Source: Promethearchaeota archaeon (GTDB lineage: Archaea > Asgardarchaeota > Lokiarchaeia > Sigyniarchaeales > SOKP01). Taken from it: a DNA stretch of 64,000 bases. The position numbers and the translations under genes are program-made. Shown here piece by piece: positions 9,444-18,316 of the stretch. Position 1 is the first letter of the stretch; each line of letters starts with the position of its first letter. The notes below the pieces were generated by a model, which was given only the letters and a program-made list of their open reading frames with translations, had not been told where the DNA came from and did not search any database. The stretch is taken from assembly GCA_048940925.1 (NCBI GenBank), contig JBHLOC010000001.1, forward strand, positions 160,001 through 224,000, in the 5' to 3' direction.

Positions 9444-10250
9444 TTGTCTATTCTCTCTCATTACCTATTCCGATTATTTTGGGTGCTTTCGAGATATAAG
9501 TCCTATTTTGAGAACTTATTTAGAGTGCTTCCATTCTTCACTTCACGACCTACTTACCGTTCAATGAAAATGTTTGCAGATGCAATAGAAGATTATTATT
9601 CATATAACTTAAAAAGTTCATTTGTATTTTATAAACATTGTTTACAGAAGAAATATAATGGAATAAAAATAATATATGATTTAGGAATTTATTTTAGAAG
9701 CTGGGATAAACTCGATCGATTAGAGAAAAAAATCATCAATTTATCATATGGAAATATTCTGGATATAGGATCATGCACGGGGTATTATATTCCCTATTTG
9801 ATGAATAAAGGACCAACAACAGGAATAGAACTCTCATCTAAAATTAACAATATAGCGCGAAAAAAAGGTCTTGATAATTGTATTTCAGGTGATTTTTTAA
9901 AATATAAGTTCAATAAGACATTCGACACAATTACTCTCTTTGGAAACGATATTGCGCTTTCAGGTTCCTTATTTAACTTAAAAAAAATATTGAAGAAATT
10001 CAAAAAGTTACTTAACCATGACGGTCAAGTATTATTAATCATAAGCCATATTCGAACATTAAAATATTGGCATGTTATATTTACCCCTAAGTATGAGGGT
10101 CATTTTGGAATTCCTTTTAAATTACTTTTCTTTAATACCCACTTTTTTAATAAATTTGCTGCTAAATACGGTTTTTATTCCAGCATTCTTGGAAAAAGTG
10201 AAATGCTCGGAGACCTTTCATATTTAGTTAGATTAGTTAAATTATCATAA
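9444..10250 (+). CDS. Class I SAM-dependent methyltransferase
   Basis: ILDIGSCTG motif I, FDTITLFGN; true start may lie downstream. Confidence 0.8.
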   Translation: MSILSHYLFRLFWVLSRYKSYFENLFRVLPFFTSRPTYRSMKMFADAIEDYYSYNLKSSFVFYKHCLQKKYNGIKIIYDLGIYFRSWDKLDRLEKKIINLSYGNILDIGSCTGYYIPYLMNKGPTTGIELSSKINNIARKKGLDNCISGDFLKYKFNKTFDTITLFGNDIALSGSLFNLKKILKKFKKLLNHDGQVLLIISHIRTLKYWHVIFTPKYEGHFGIPFKLLFFNTHFFNKFAAKYGFYSSILGKSEMLGDLSYLVRLVKLS

Positions 10251-10303
10251 AATTTTAAATGGAACCATTTTATTTATACAAATTGATTTTAATCTAAACT
10301 TAA

Positions 10304-10675
10304 CTAAGACCATGCTACTTTATTGATAAAAATCGACCATTCTAATAAAATCATACCTTCATCGCTAGTATGAGCAATAAGATAATTTCCATTTTTCGTA
10401 ATAGACCCAACGATATTTCCCTTTCCGCCAGTAATATTTTTAGCTGCTAATTGGATTTCATCATTTTTTAAAATAGCAAATCGATAATTCTGAAACATAA
10501 GAGATGATTCTTTTGTTTTCCATGCACTTAATATGGCTTTAGCTTCTTCATTTGATAAAGGAAATTCACCAGATTTAAAAATAATATCTCCTTCTTTATT
10601 TAAAAGAAAAACTTCCTCAACCCCTTCTTGTCTTTTAAGTGAATCGACAAGACTATCAAATCTTTGTTCTTCTAT
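10304..10675 (-). CDS. Profilin-like protein (123 aa, apparent ATA/ATT start)
   Basis: The frame extends 59 codons upstream of the ORF-track ATG (EEQRFDSLVDSL...FLLNKEGDIIFKSG...) to in-frame TGA TAA. The pattern FLLNKEG / YRFAILKND / AAKNITGGKGNIVG resembles Asgard profilins. AAGGTGA Shine-Dalgarno (SD) sequence upstream. Confidence 0.7.
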   Translation of the reverse strand: MEEQRFDSLVDSLKRQEGVEEVFLLNKEGDIIFKSGEFPLSNEEAKAILSAWKTKESSLMFQNYRFAILKNDEIQLAAKNITGGKGNIVGSITKNGNYLIAHTSDEGMILLEWSIFINKVAWS

Positions 10676-10823
10676 AATTTATCACCTTACATAAAAAAAC
10701 TGCTTTTAGGTTTATTGAAAGATAAAAATTTTGTAATTTAAATCTTTTTACACTTTAAATTGATTTTGATTAAAATTGAGAAAAATTTTTTACATTATAG
10801 GGATTATGATAATTACATTTTAA

Positions 10824-11645
10824 TTGTTTTTAGCTCATCTTGATCTTCTGATGGTAGAAAAGCTAATATTGTTTGATAAGATTTATAATATATCGAATAA
10901 AGGAAGGAAAGAAGATATTTATTTAAGATATCTTAAATACTTGAAAGAACATGTTAAGGGCTTTTCAGATACTTCAATTAATATTAAAAAATTAAGAAAG
11001 TTTGACAAAAGATTTGAAGTGAGCATTAGTGGTCCGGAAGAGCGTTTTATTTTTAACCTATTAAAAAAAGAGATAGGATCTATCCATGAATTCAAAGATA
11101 TTAAAGTGGGGAAGGAATTCAAAGGATCACTTGTAGATGTGGGAAAAGTTGGATTTGGTCTATTCGTCGATTGTGCTATTCTTAATCCACGTGCTGATGT
11201 GCTTATAAATCTACACACTTTACGCTCCCAATTGTGTGGTGGAAGAGAAAGATCTCTAAAAGAAATCATTGAAGCATATGATTTCATTGATCATTTTCCA
11301 GTATTGGTTAAAATTACTGAGATAGATATTGTAAAAAATAAATTATTAGGAGAATTAGCACCACATACTATAAACTTCTTTCAAAAAATTGTGGAAGAAA
11401 ATATCGAGGGTGTGTTTTTAAGCGGAGAAACTAAAGGACAGTTCAAAAAAGTAATCAATAAAAAAGGACATTTCCGAGATATTATTACTTTTAAACGTTT
11501 TGGTTTTTTAGAAAATTTTGTTTTATTAAAAGAGGGATCTGATGCTCCTGGAATCATTTCTCATATTGGCAATGAACTGGAGAATTGTAAATTAAGCGCT
11601 ATACGTCCTGGAAAAATACGAAGATTAGGTATGAGGATGGAGTAA
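10824..11645 (+). CDS. DUF2110-family archaeal protein
   Basis: GSLVDVGKVGFGLFVD and DAPGII motifs. Confidence 0.65.
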   Translation: MFLAHLDLLMVEKLILFDKIYNISNKGRKEDIYLRYLKYLKEHVKGFSDTSINIKKLRKFDKRFEVSISGPEERFIFNLLKKEIGSIHEFKDIKVGKEFKGSLVDVGKVGFGLFVDCAILNPRADVLINLHTLRSQLCGGRERSLKEIIEAYDFIDHFPVLVKITEIDIVKNKLLGELAPHTINFFQKIVEENIEGVFLSGETKGQFKKVINKKGHFRDIITFKRFGFLENFVLLKEGSDAPGIISHIGNELENCKLSAIRPGKIRRLGMRME

Positions 11646-11695
11646 ATAATGAATTTTTAAAAAAACTCTAAAAGAAACCAACATTCAAGGAAAAT

Positions 11696-11797
11696 CGGGC
11701 TATGAGGGATTTGAACCCCCGACCTGCCGGTATCCGCTACGAATTTTGTAATAGTCGCTTAAGAGCCGGTTGCGCTACCTGCCTGCGCCAATAGCCC
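11696..11797 (-). tRNA. tRNA-Lys(CTT) with 28-nt intron at 37/38 (11732-11759)
   Basis: Acceptor GGGCTAT/ATAGCCC, D arm GCGC, anticodon loop CT-CTT-A then intron, T arm GGGGG-TTCAAAT-CCCTC. Confidence 0.88.
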
Positions 11798-11835
11798 TTT
11801 CATATAAATTTATAAAATTGTCAATATATACTTAG

Positions 11836-11945
11836 CGCAGACGGAGGGACTCGAACCCCCGAGCGCTTATGCGCACCGGCTCTCAATGTTATGATCTTCA
11901 TTATAGCACTCAAGGCCGGCGTCTTACCAACTAGGCTACGTCTGC
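11836..11945 (-). tRNA. tRNA-Ser(TGA) with 27-nt anticodon-loop intron (nominally 11882-11908)
   Basis: Acceptor GCAGACG/CGTCTGC, CCGGC/GCCGG anticodon stem, long variable arm, G discriminator. Confidence 0.88.
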
Positions 11946-12133
11946 ACAATATATTTGATTTTAAGATTCTTAGCTATTAATTTAGATTATATTAAATATA
12001 ATAAATTTTTTTTTATTCTAAATTTGTTCATAGGGAATAAATTATATCTTTTGAAAGCTAGATTTTATAATAAAATATTAAAATTTTGAAATGTTATATT
12101 GAAATTGTACAATATCAAAAATTTGTCAAACAT

Positions 12134-12216
12134 GCAATCGTCGCTTAGCCTGGTAGAGCGCCGGTCTGCTAAACCGGTGTCCAACGGATTCGTGGGTTCA
12201 AATCCCACCGATTGCG
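12134..12216 (+). tRNA. tRNA-Ser(GCT), intronless
   Basis: GCAATCG/CGATTGC acceptor, CCGGT-CTGCTAA-ACCGG, variable arm, TTCAAAT. Confidence 0.93.
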
Positions 12217-12225
12217 TTTAGCTAT

Positions 12226-12331
12226 GGGCCAGTGGTCTAGTGGTTATGACGTCTCGCTTACACCGAGAAGGTCGGGAGTTCAATAGGAAAAAATATCTCA
12301 TCTTTTCTTGGAAACCTCTCCTGGCCCACCA
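12226..12331 (+). tRNA. tRNA-Val(TAC) with 30-nt T-loop intron at 59/60 (12285-12314), CCA encoded
   Basis: GGGCCAG/CTGGCCC acceptor, TCTCG-CTTACAC-CGAGA; T loop interrupted, with BHB helix TTCA/TGGA and bulges ATA and AAC. Confidence 0.9.
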
Positions 12332-12495
12332 TTTTATCATTCCCGATATCAATATGGAAAGAAGAAGATAATAATAACAGATTAATAGATTCAGACGTCT
12401 ACAGAAACATATTATTCTCTTACTTTATTGATTTTAATATAATTTCCTATATGATTTTCTTACTAAAATAGGTAAAATATAAATTTTATACTACA

Positions 12496-12993
12496 TTGTC
12501 CTATAATAATATGAGTGGGGTAAAAGATTTCCGTTACTTGATTCCTGAGAGTTTATTTAAGGAAATCACACAAAAAGCTGCAGAAGAATATCCTAATATA
12601 ATTCATGGATGGCTTTTTGCTGATCGTAAGGAGAATTTCGGCATATGTACACAATTTATAATGAATCCAGATTTAAGAAAAACGAAAGTTCATGTAAAGC
12701 CGCGGAGTTGGATGAGATATAAAAAATCGAAAATCTATAATATGCGAAAGTTTAAACAGGAGCTAGGAGTCGACATTGTATGGCAATGGCACTCTCATCC
12801 AACAGGTCAAGAGAAACTTCACGCTATTGACAAGAGAATATTGAAATATTTGTCCAACGGTGTGATGATAATTGTTGTGCCCCCTGTAGAAGAGAAAGAT
12901 CAAAAAGCGCATCTCGTAGGCTGGTATTACGACAAACGGTATACTAAAAAGCCAATCATAGAAAAAATGGTTTTTGAAATAATCTCCGAATAA
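12496..12993 (+). CDS. JAB/MPN (JAMM) domain metalloprotease-like protein
   Basis: WHSHP-x8-D motif and YP..IHGWL; likely ATG at 12511. Confidence 0.75.
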   Translation: MSYNNMSGVKDFRYLIPESLFKEITQKAAEEYPNIIHGWLFADRKENFGICTQFIMNPDLRKTKVHVKPRSWMRYKKSKIYNMRKFKQELGVDIVWQWHSHPTGQEKLHAIDKRILKYLSNGVMIIVVPPVEEKDQKAHLVGWYYDKRYTKKPIIEKMVFEIISE

Positions 12994-13110
12994 AATAGGT
13001 TCTCTAATTGAAAAATATTTTTTACTTTTATTCTGTTGATGTTTGAGTAATTTCTTATTGAATTATTAATGTTTATTCCAGTTTATTTTAAAAAAAATAA
13101 AATAGGATGC

Positions 13111-13130
13111 TAATGTCTCAAGAGACATTA
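13111..13130 (-). terminator. Conserved 8-bp stem / 4-nt loop hairpin downstream of micro-ORF copy 2
   Basis: Minus strand TAATGTCT-CTTG-AGACATTA, followed by a T-rich tract. Confidence 0.6.
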
Positions 13131-13136
13131 TATGAC

Positions 13137-13169
13137 TTATGGTATAGGTCCTCTATCTCCACGAAACAT
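13137..13169 (-). CDS. Putative 10-aa micro-peptide MFRGDRGPIP (copy 2)
   Basis: ATG TTT CGT GGA GAT AGA GGA CCT ATA CCA TAA; paralog of 9310-9342. Confidence 0.65.
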   Translation of the reverse strand: MFRGDRGPIP

Positions 13170-13309
13170 AATATATTTTTTTTTCTAATATATTTGTTTA
13201 GCACTAAAAAATTTGATTGAATTTTTAAGCAATTTTATATTGATACACTAAAGAAGATAAAAATAGATAATGTTGTGGTTTATTCTCAAACCACATATTC
13301 CTTATAAAA

Positions 13310-14302
13310 TTAGTTTAAATATTGAAATACAATTTCGAAATCTGAAAAGTCAAATGGTTTTAAGATAAACCCATCTGCTTTAATTTCGACCATTTTCTTT
13401 TCAACTTCGGAACTAGGAATAGCAGTCAATAAATACACAGGTATGGATTTATATGATTTATGATCTTTTATCAATTTGCAGATCTCATAACCAGAAATAT
13501 CTGGAAGAATGATATCCAGTAAGATTAATTTTGGTAATCCACCACGTAATTCTTCTATTCCTTTTGTGCCACTAACTACACCTTTACACTTATAACCTTT
13601 ACTCTCGAAATAGCTTGTAAGCAATTTAATGGTCGCAAGGTCATCTTCAATGAGGAGAATATCGTATTGAGATTCAGTTTCTTCCACTTTAATGTTGTCC
13701 AAAATATTGATAATTTTACTTTCAAGAAGTAAACTTTGGTCAAAGATGTTTTTTATTGTGGATAGTACTTCCTCATCTAAGTCGTCCTTATAATTTTCTA
13801 AAAGAAGTTGGCTAAAGCCTTTAATAGTTGTTAGTGGTTCTTTTAGCGCATGAGAAATAGTTGAGATGGTTTTTTCATCAATTCTACTTAAACCTCCTCC
13901 CAATATATTAGATTTTTGTTCTATGTAATAATCAACACTGTCTCTAATCAATGCAGAGATTGTAGAATAATCATGGGTTTCTTTAAATTTTTGCCATTCA
14001 GATTTGGTTTCGTCTGATACATAGAGAGATATACGCTCTTTATCTCGGTCATAAATTTTTTCACCCTTTAACCATTTTTTAAATCCTTCAGTAATGGTAC
14101 CACGCCATATAGCATATTTGTCAGTCTGTTCCTCGTATTCTTTCATTAAGTTTTTTGCTTTTTTACTTTCCAAATCTAAATTAGCTATTTCCTCATCTGT
14201 CATACTCGGTCTATCATCATTATTTTCTATAACTTTTTCAGTTTTATTCTTGTCTTTTTTCTCTTCGTCCGGAATTTCTTCTACATCTCTCTTTTGCTTT
14301 AT
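13310..14302 (-). CDS. Response regulator: RHH-like + HisKA + receiver domain (start either ATA 14302 or ATG 14203)
   Basis: RISLYVS..ISALIRDSV (RHH-like), SHALKEPLTTIKG (H-box), ILLIEDD..LLDIILP..KPF (REC); the frame stays open with charged codons up to ATA 14302. Confidence 0.8.
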   Translation of the reverse strand: MKQKRDVEEIPDEEKKDKNKTEKVIENNDDRPSMTDEEIANLDLESKKAKNLMKEYEEQTDKYAIWRGTITEGFKKWLKGEKIYDRDKERISLYVSDETKSEWQKFKETHDYSTISALIRDSVDYYIEQKSNILGGGLSRIDEKTISTISHALKEPLTTIKGFSQLLLENYKDDLDEEVLSTIKNIFDQSLLLESKIINILDNIKVEETESQYDILLIEDDLATIKLLTSYFESKGYKCKGVVSGTKGIEELRGGLPKLILLDIILPDISGYEICKLIKDHKSYKSIPVYLLTAIPSSEVEKKMVEIKADGFILKPFDFSDFEIVFQYLN

Positions 14303-14568
14303 TTAGACTATTCAAAATTCTTTCAAATTAAATCTAATACTATTTTTGTATACTCTTGTATAAAATTGAACACTATTAATTGTATTTCTATTTTTTTTTA
14401 TAAAAATAATTATTTGTTTACAATTATTGATAATTTTTTATCAATTAATAAATCTTTTTTATTATAAAGTTAATGTGATATCGTAATTATTTCCAATTCA
14501 ATGCAAAAAGAGCTTTTTAGAGGTAATGAAAAGATGATGATAATACTATTAAAAGAATAAGTTTTTTA

Positions 14569-15495
14569 TTAATTCTTCTCACTTTTTAAAATATCAAAAA
14601 TAACTTCAAAATCAGAAAAATTAAAAGGTTTTAGAATATACCCATTAGCTTTTGTTTCTTCAAGGTTTTTTTCAACTTCAGAACCTGCTATAGCAGTTAA
14701 GAAGTACACAGGAATATTCGACCATTCTTTATCTGATTTTATAGTTTTACAAATATCATAACCACTTAAATCAGGCAAAATTATATCTAATAATATTAAT
14801 TTAGGAATAGCATGGCCTAATTCTTCTAAACCTTTAGATCCGCTAACAATACCCTTACATTTATAGCCTTTACTGTCAAAGTAACTCGTGATTAAGCGAA
14901 TTGTTGCTAGATCATCCTCAACCAATAACACATCATATTCAGACTCTACCTTAATATTATCTAGGATATTGATTATTTTTGTCTCAAGAAGAACACTTTG
15001 TTCGAAAATATTTTTTACGGTGTCTAATATGTGATCATTCAATTTTTCTTTGTAATTTTCAAGAAGTAATTGTGAATATCCTTTTATTGAAGTTAATGGT
15101 TCTTTTAAAGTATGAGAAATATTAGAAATCGTCTGTTTATTTAATTCCTTCAGAGTGTAATTATTTTCCATTGATTTACTTTGGATGAAGGCTTCCACTG
15201 ATTGCCTTATTAATTTAGAAATCGTCAAAGAACCATTATTTTTAGTAAAATTTAGCCATTTAGTTTTAGTATCTTCAGAAACATATAAAGAGATTCGTTC
15301 TTTGTCTCGATGGTATATTTTCTCTCCTTTTTGCCATTTTTTATAACCTTCTGTCACTACGCCTCGCCATACTGAATATCTTCCGGTTTCTTTTTCATAT
15401 TTTTTCATTTCTTCAGATTTTTCAATGGAACTATTATCAATTTTGATTAGTTCTTTATCATCTGAGTCTTCTTCGCTATCCTTTGATTTTTCCAC
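14569..15495 (-). CDS. Response regulator paralog: RHH-like + HisKA + receiver domain
   Basis: Same architecture and strong similarity to the adjacent gene; start uncertain (GTG). Confidence 0.8.
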   Translation of the reverse strand: MEKSKDSEEDSDDKELIKIDNSSIEKSEEMKKYEKETGRYSVWRGVVTEGYKKWQKGEKIYHRDKERISLYVSEDTKTKWLNFTKNNGSLTISKLIRQSVEAFIQSKSMENNYTLKELNKQTISNISHTLKEPLTSIKGYSQLLLENYKEKLNDHILDTVKNIFEQSVLLETKIINILDNIKVESEYDVLLVEDDLATIRLITSYFDSKGYKCKGIVSGSKGLEELGHAIPKLILLDIILPDLSGYDICKTIKSDKEWSNIPVYFLTAIAGSEVEKNLEETKANGYILKPFNFSDFEVIFDILKSEKN

Positions 15496-16136
15496 AGATT
15501 TTTTTGGAGTAGGTATTTTTTGACCACTAATTTTAGATCTAAATTTTTTGTAAAAAAATAATATAAGTATTACTATTTAACGTTTTTTTATTATACAAAT
15601 TTTGAGGGATGACCATAAGAAAAATATTTTAGTTCAAAAAAGTCGTTTATAACATTATGAAAATACTTTTTGTACACAAAATTATTATGAGGGGAATATA
15701 AAATTTAGTAAAAAATTATTTGTCCCTAATTTTAGACCTTTTTGTAGAGTGATTTTTATTTTAAACTGAATAGTATTTTAATTTCGACAAAAGTAAGATA
15801 CAATTAAGAATTTTTACAACAATTTATATAATGTCTATATTATATGATTTCAATAATGAGTCTTCAATAAATTTTTACAATAAAACTTATAACAAAAAAT
15901 TGTATTTCAAAAAAAACGGATAACAAATTGATTTTATCTAGATGTTTTTTTATACAAAAAGCAACATTTATATATCTGAGTCACCTATTTTGTTATAACG
16001 AAGAGACTTTTTTCACACAAATATCTGATGGTTCAAAAAAAAGATAAATTTGTGTGTAAAAAATTAAGCAAAAATATGGAATTCTTGTATGTAAATCAAG
16101 AATTATAATATAAGATTTGGGATAAGGTAAGGGTTA

Positions 16137-17027
16137 ATGGTTGTAGAAATAACACCTCATACAAGTTTTTGTCCAGAATGCGGGGGAGGCACTCTCTCTA
16201 TTGAACAGAGAGGAGAAACAGTTTGTAAGCAATGTGGCTTGGTTTTAAACGAAAAACAAGTAGATATTTCTCATAGTGGAATAAGAGCGTATTCAAAGCA
16301 AGAAAAAGATAAGAAAGAGAGGACTGGATGTCCTATTTCTATTTTAATGCCTGATATTGGATTAAGTACGATTATTGATCGAACAAAAATTAAGAATCCT
16401 GATTTAAGGAGAGCAGCAAAGTGGAATACGCATTTATCGTGGGAAAAGCGAAATATGCTTATAGCAATTACGGAGTTAAAACGAATTGGAGGCAATTTAA
16501 ATTTTCCTGAACGTGTTAAGAAATCGGCTGTTCGATTATATAAGGAAGTATTTAAAAAGAACCTATTAAGAGGTAGATCTATAAATGGTATGATAGCAGC
16601 TTGTGCATATTATGTGTGTAAACAAGAAAGGGTTCCAATAACACTTCAGGAGATTTTAAATGAAGCTTCTATTAATGATAACATTGTAAAGAAGTGCTAT
16701 AAAATCTTGGTAAGAGAATTAAATTTAAAATCTCAACATATAGATCCTGTTTCCCTAATTCCTCGATATTGTGCTGATTTAGAGTTGAATATAAATATAG
16801 AAAAGGAAGCTATTAAAATATTAAAGAATTTCATTCAAAATACATCTATTTGTGGCAAAGATCCAAAAGGGTTGTGTGCAGGTGCTATATATTTAGTATC
16901 GAAGCTAAAAAACCAAAAAGTAAGTCAAAAAGATATATCACGAGTGATAGGAGTTACAGAGGTGACCTTACGCTCAAGGTATAAGGAATTTTTGCAAAAT
17001 CTCACGTTTAAATTTCAAACCAATTAG
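16137..17027 (+). CDS. tfb: Transcription initiation factor IIB
   Basis: Zn ribbon CPECG..GETVCKQCG, LRGRS, GKDPKG, VTEVTLRSRY. Confidence 0.95.
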   Translation: MVVEITPHTSFCPECGGGTLSIEQRGETVCKQCGLVLNEKQVDISHSGIRAYSKQEKDKKERTGCPISILMPDIGLSTIIDRTKIKNPDLRRAAKWNTHLSWEKRNMLIAITELKRIGGNLNFPERVKKSAVRLYKEVFKKNLLRGRSINGMIAACAYYVCKQERVPITLQEILNEASINDNIVKKCYKILVRELNLKSQHIDPVSLIPRYCADLELNINIEKEAIKILKNFIQNTSICGKDPKGLCAGAIYLVSKLKNQKVSQKDISRVIGVTEVTLRSRYKEFLQNLTFKFQTN

Positions 17028-17053
17028 GTTTTTTTTCTTTTCCTTTTTTTTTT
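17028..17053 (+). terminator. Oligo-T tract after tfb (archaeal intrinsic terminator candidate)
   Basis: Long T runs immediately after the stop codon. Confidence 0.45.
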
Positions 17054-17459
17054 AAACAAGGTAAAAGGTGGGGGAGACAAATCTCTTAAATTCTATTTCG
17101 AATTATTAATTAAACCCATTAAAAATCTAGAATTCGATAAAAATTCAATTTTTTTGTGGATTATAAATATATACATTCAAAATATTTAATATGTTGCGTG
17201 GAGAACCACCTATACCTTAAATTATGGAATGTTTCTAAAGATATTACAGATTATTTTATTTTTTTGATTAAACTAAACCTTTTTTTTAAATTAATAGATT
17301 TTTATCTAATTGAAAAAATTATTCTTGGTTTCTGCAATAAATGAAAAATTTCCTATTTAAAACTTACTTTTGAAGCAAAATTATGATTTTTTTTGTTTAC
17401 TGTCTTTAAGATAATGCCTTTTATTTATTGAGAATAAGAAAATTTATAATAGGCAATTT

Positions 17460-18188
17460 TTAGTTCTGATGCCCAGTTCTTCTTGCTGCTATTTGCCCAA
17501 CTTTCCTCCCTGGTGGCCGATTTCTATTGGTTGTGGTAGATTTATGAGGAGATTGCTTTGCTCCTCCTCCATATGGATGAGATACAGCATTCATGGCAAC
17601 TCCTCTATTCACAGGCCACTTTTTTGCTTTAGATTTTTTATAATGGAATTTATTTCCTGCTTTAAGGAAAGGTTTATCCGTTCTGCCCCCTCCAGCTACT
17701 ACACCAACAGTAGCTAAGCAAGTTTCATTTATCCACTTAGTTTTTTTAGAACGGAATAAAAGTTCTACTTTATTGCCCGATTTATTCCTAACAATGGCAG
17801 ATACGCCAGATGCTCGAGCAAATTTGCCTCCATCCTGTGGAGTTGCTTCAACATTAAATACTATAGTCCCTAAAGGCATTTTTTTTAATGGTAAAATATT
17901 TCCGACTTTTACTTGTTGACCATATCCAGTTTTAGATTGGATAAATTCTTCACCTTCAAAAATTCCTTCTGGGGGAAGCCAAAGTCGTTTTTCACCATCA
18001 TCATATTGAATTTGAGCTACTGGAGCCCCTCTTCCTGGTGAATGGAGGAGATCTATTACCTTAAATTTTAATAACTTTTCATCTTTTTTGAATGGACGAT
18101 ATTTAATTTGCCCTATGTGACGATGTGAGGGTGATCGAAAAGGTAATGACCCTCTACCTTTCCGTTGAGCAAGAATCCGTTTTCCCAT
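17460..18188 (-). CDS. rpl2: 50S ribosomal protein L2
   Basis: MGKRILAQRKG, RGVAMNAVSHPYGGG, GQIAARRTG. Confidence 0.97.
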   Translation of the reverse strand: MGKRILAQRKGRGSLPFRSPSHRHIGQIKYRPFKKDEKLLKFKVIDLLHSPGRGAPVAQIQYDDGEKRLWLPPEGIFEGEEFIQSKTGYGQQVKVGNILPLKKMPLGTIVFNVEATPQDGGKFARASGVSAIVRNKSGNKVELLFRSKKTKWINETCLATVGVVAGGGRTDKPFLKAGNKFHYKKSKAKKWPVNRGVAMNAVSHPYGGGAKQSPHKSTTTNRNRPPGRKVGQIAARRTGHQN

Positions 18189-18316
18189 TTATCTCACATA
18201 AATTTTTAGATACTTATTAAAATTATATTAAACTTAAATTTTTTTTTATTTTCGATAGGATTTAGAATTGGGATAAATTTCTTAATTCTTTAATAAAGTG
18301 CAAAAAAATTATTGAA

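Noticed and set aside
17156-17344. 62-aa ORF between tfb and rpl2
   Set aside because: Low-complexity AT-rich frame with a GTG start and no motifs
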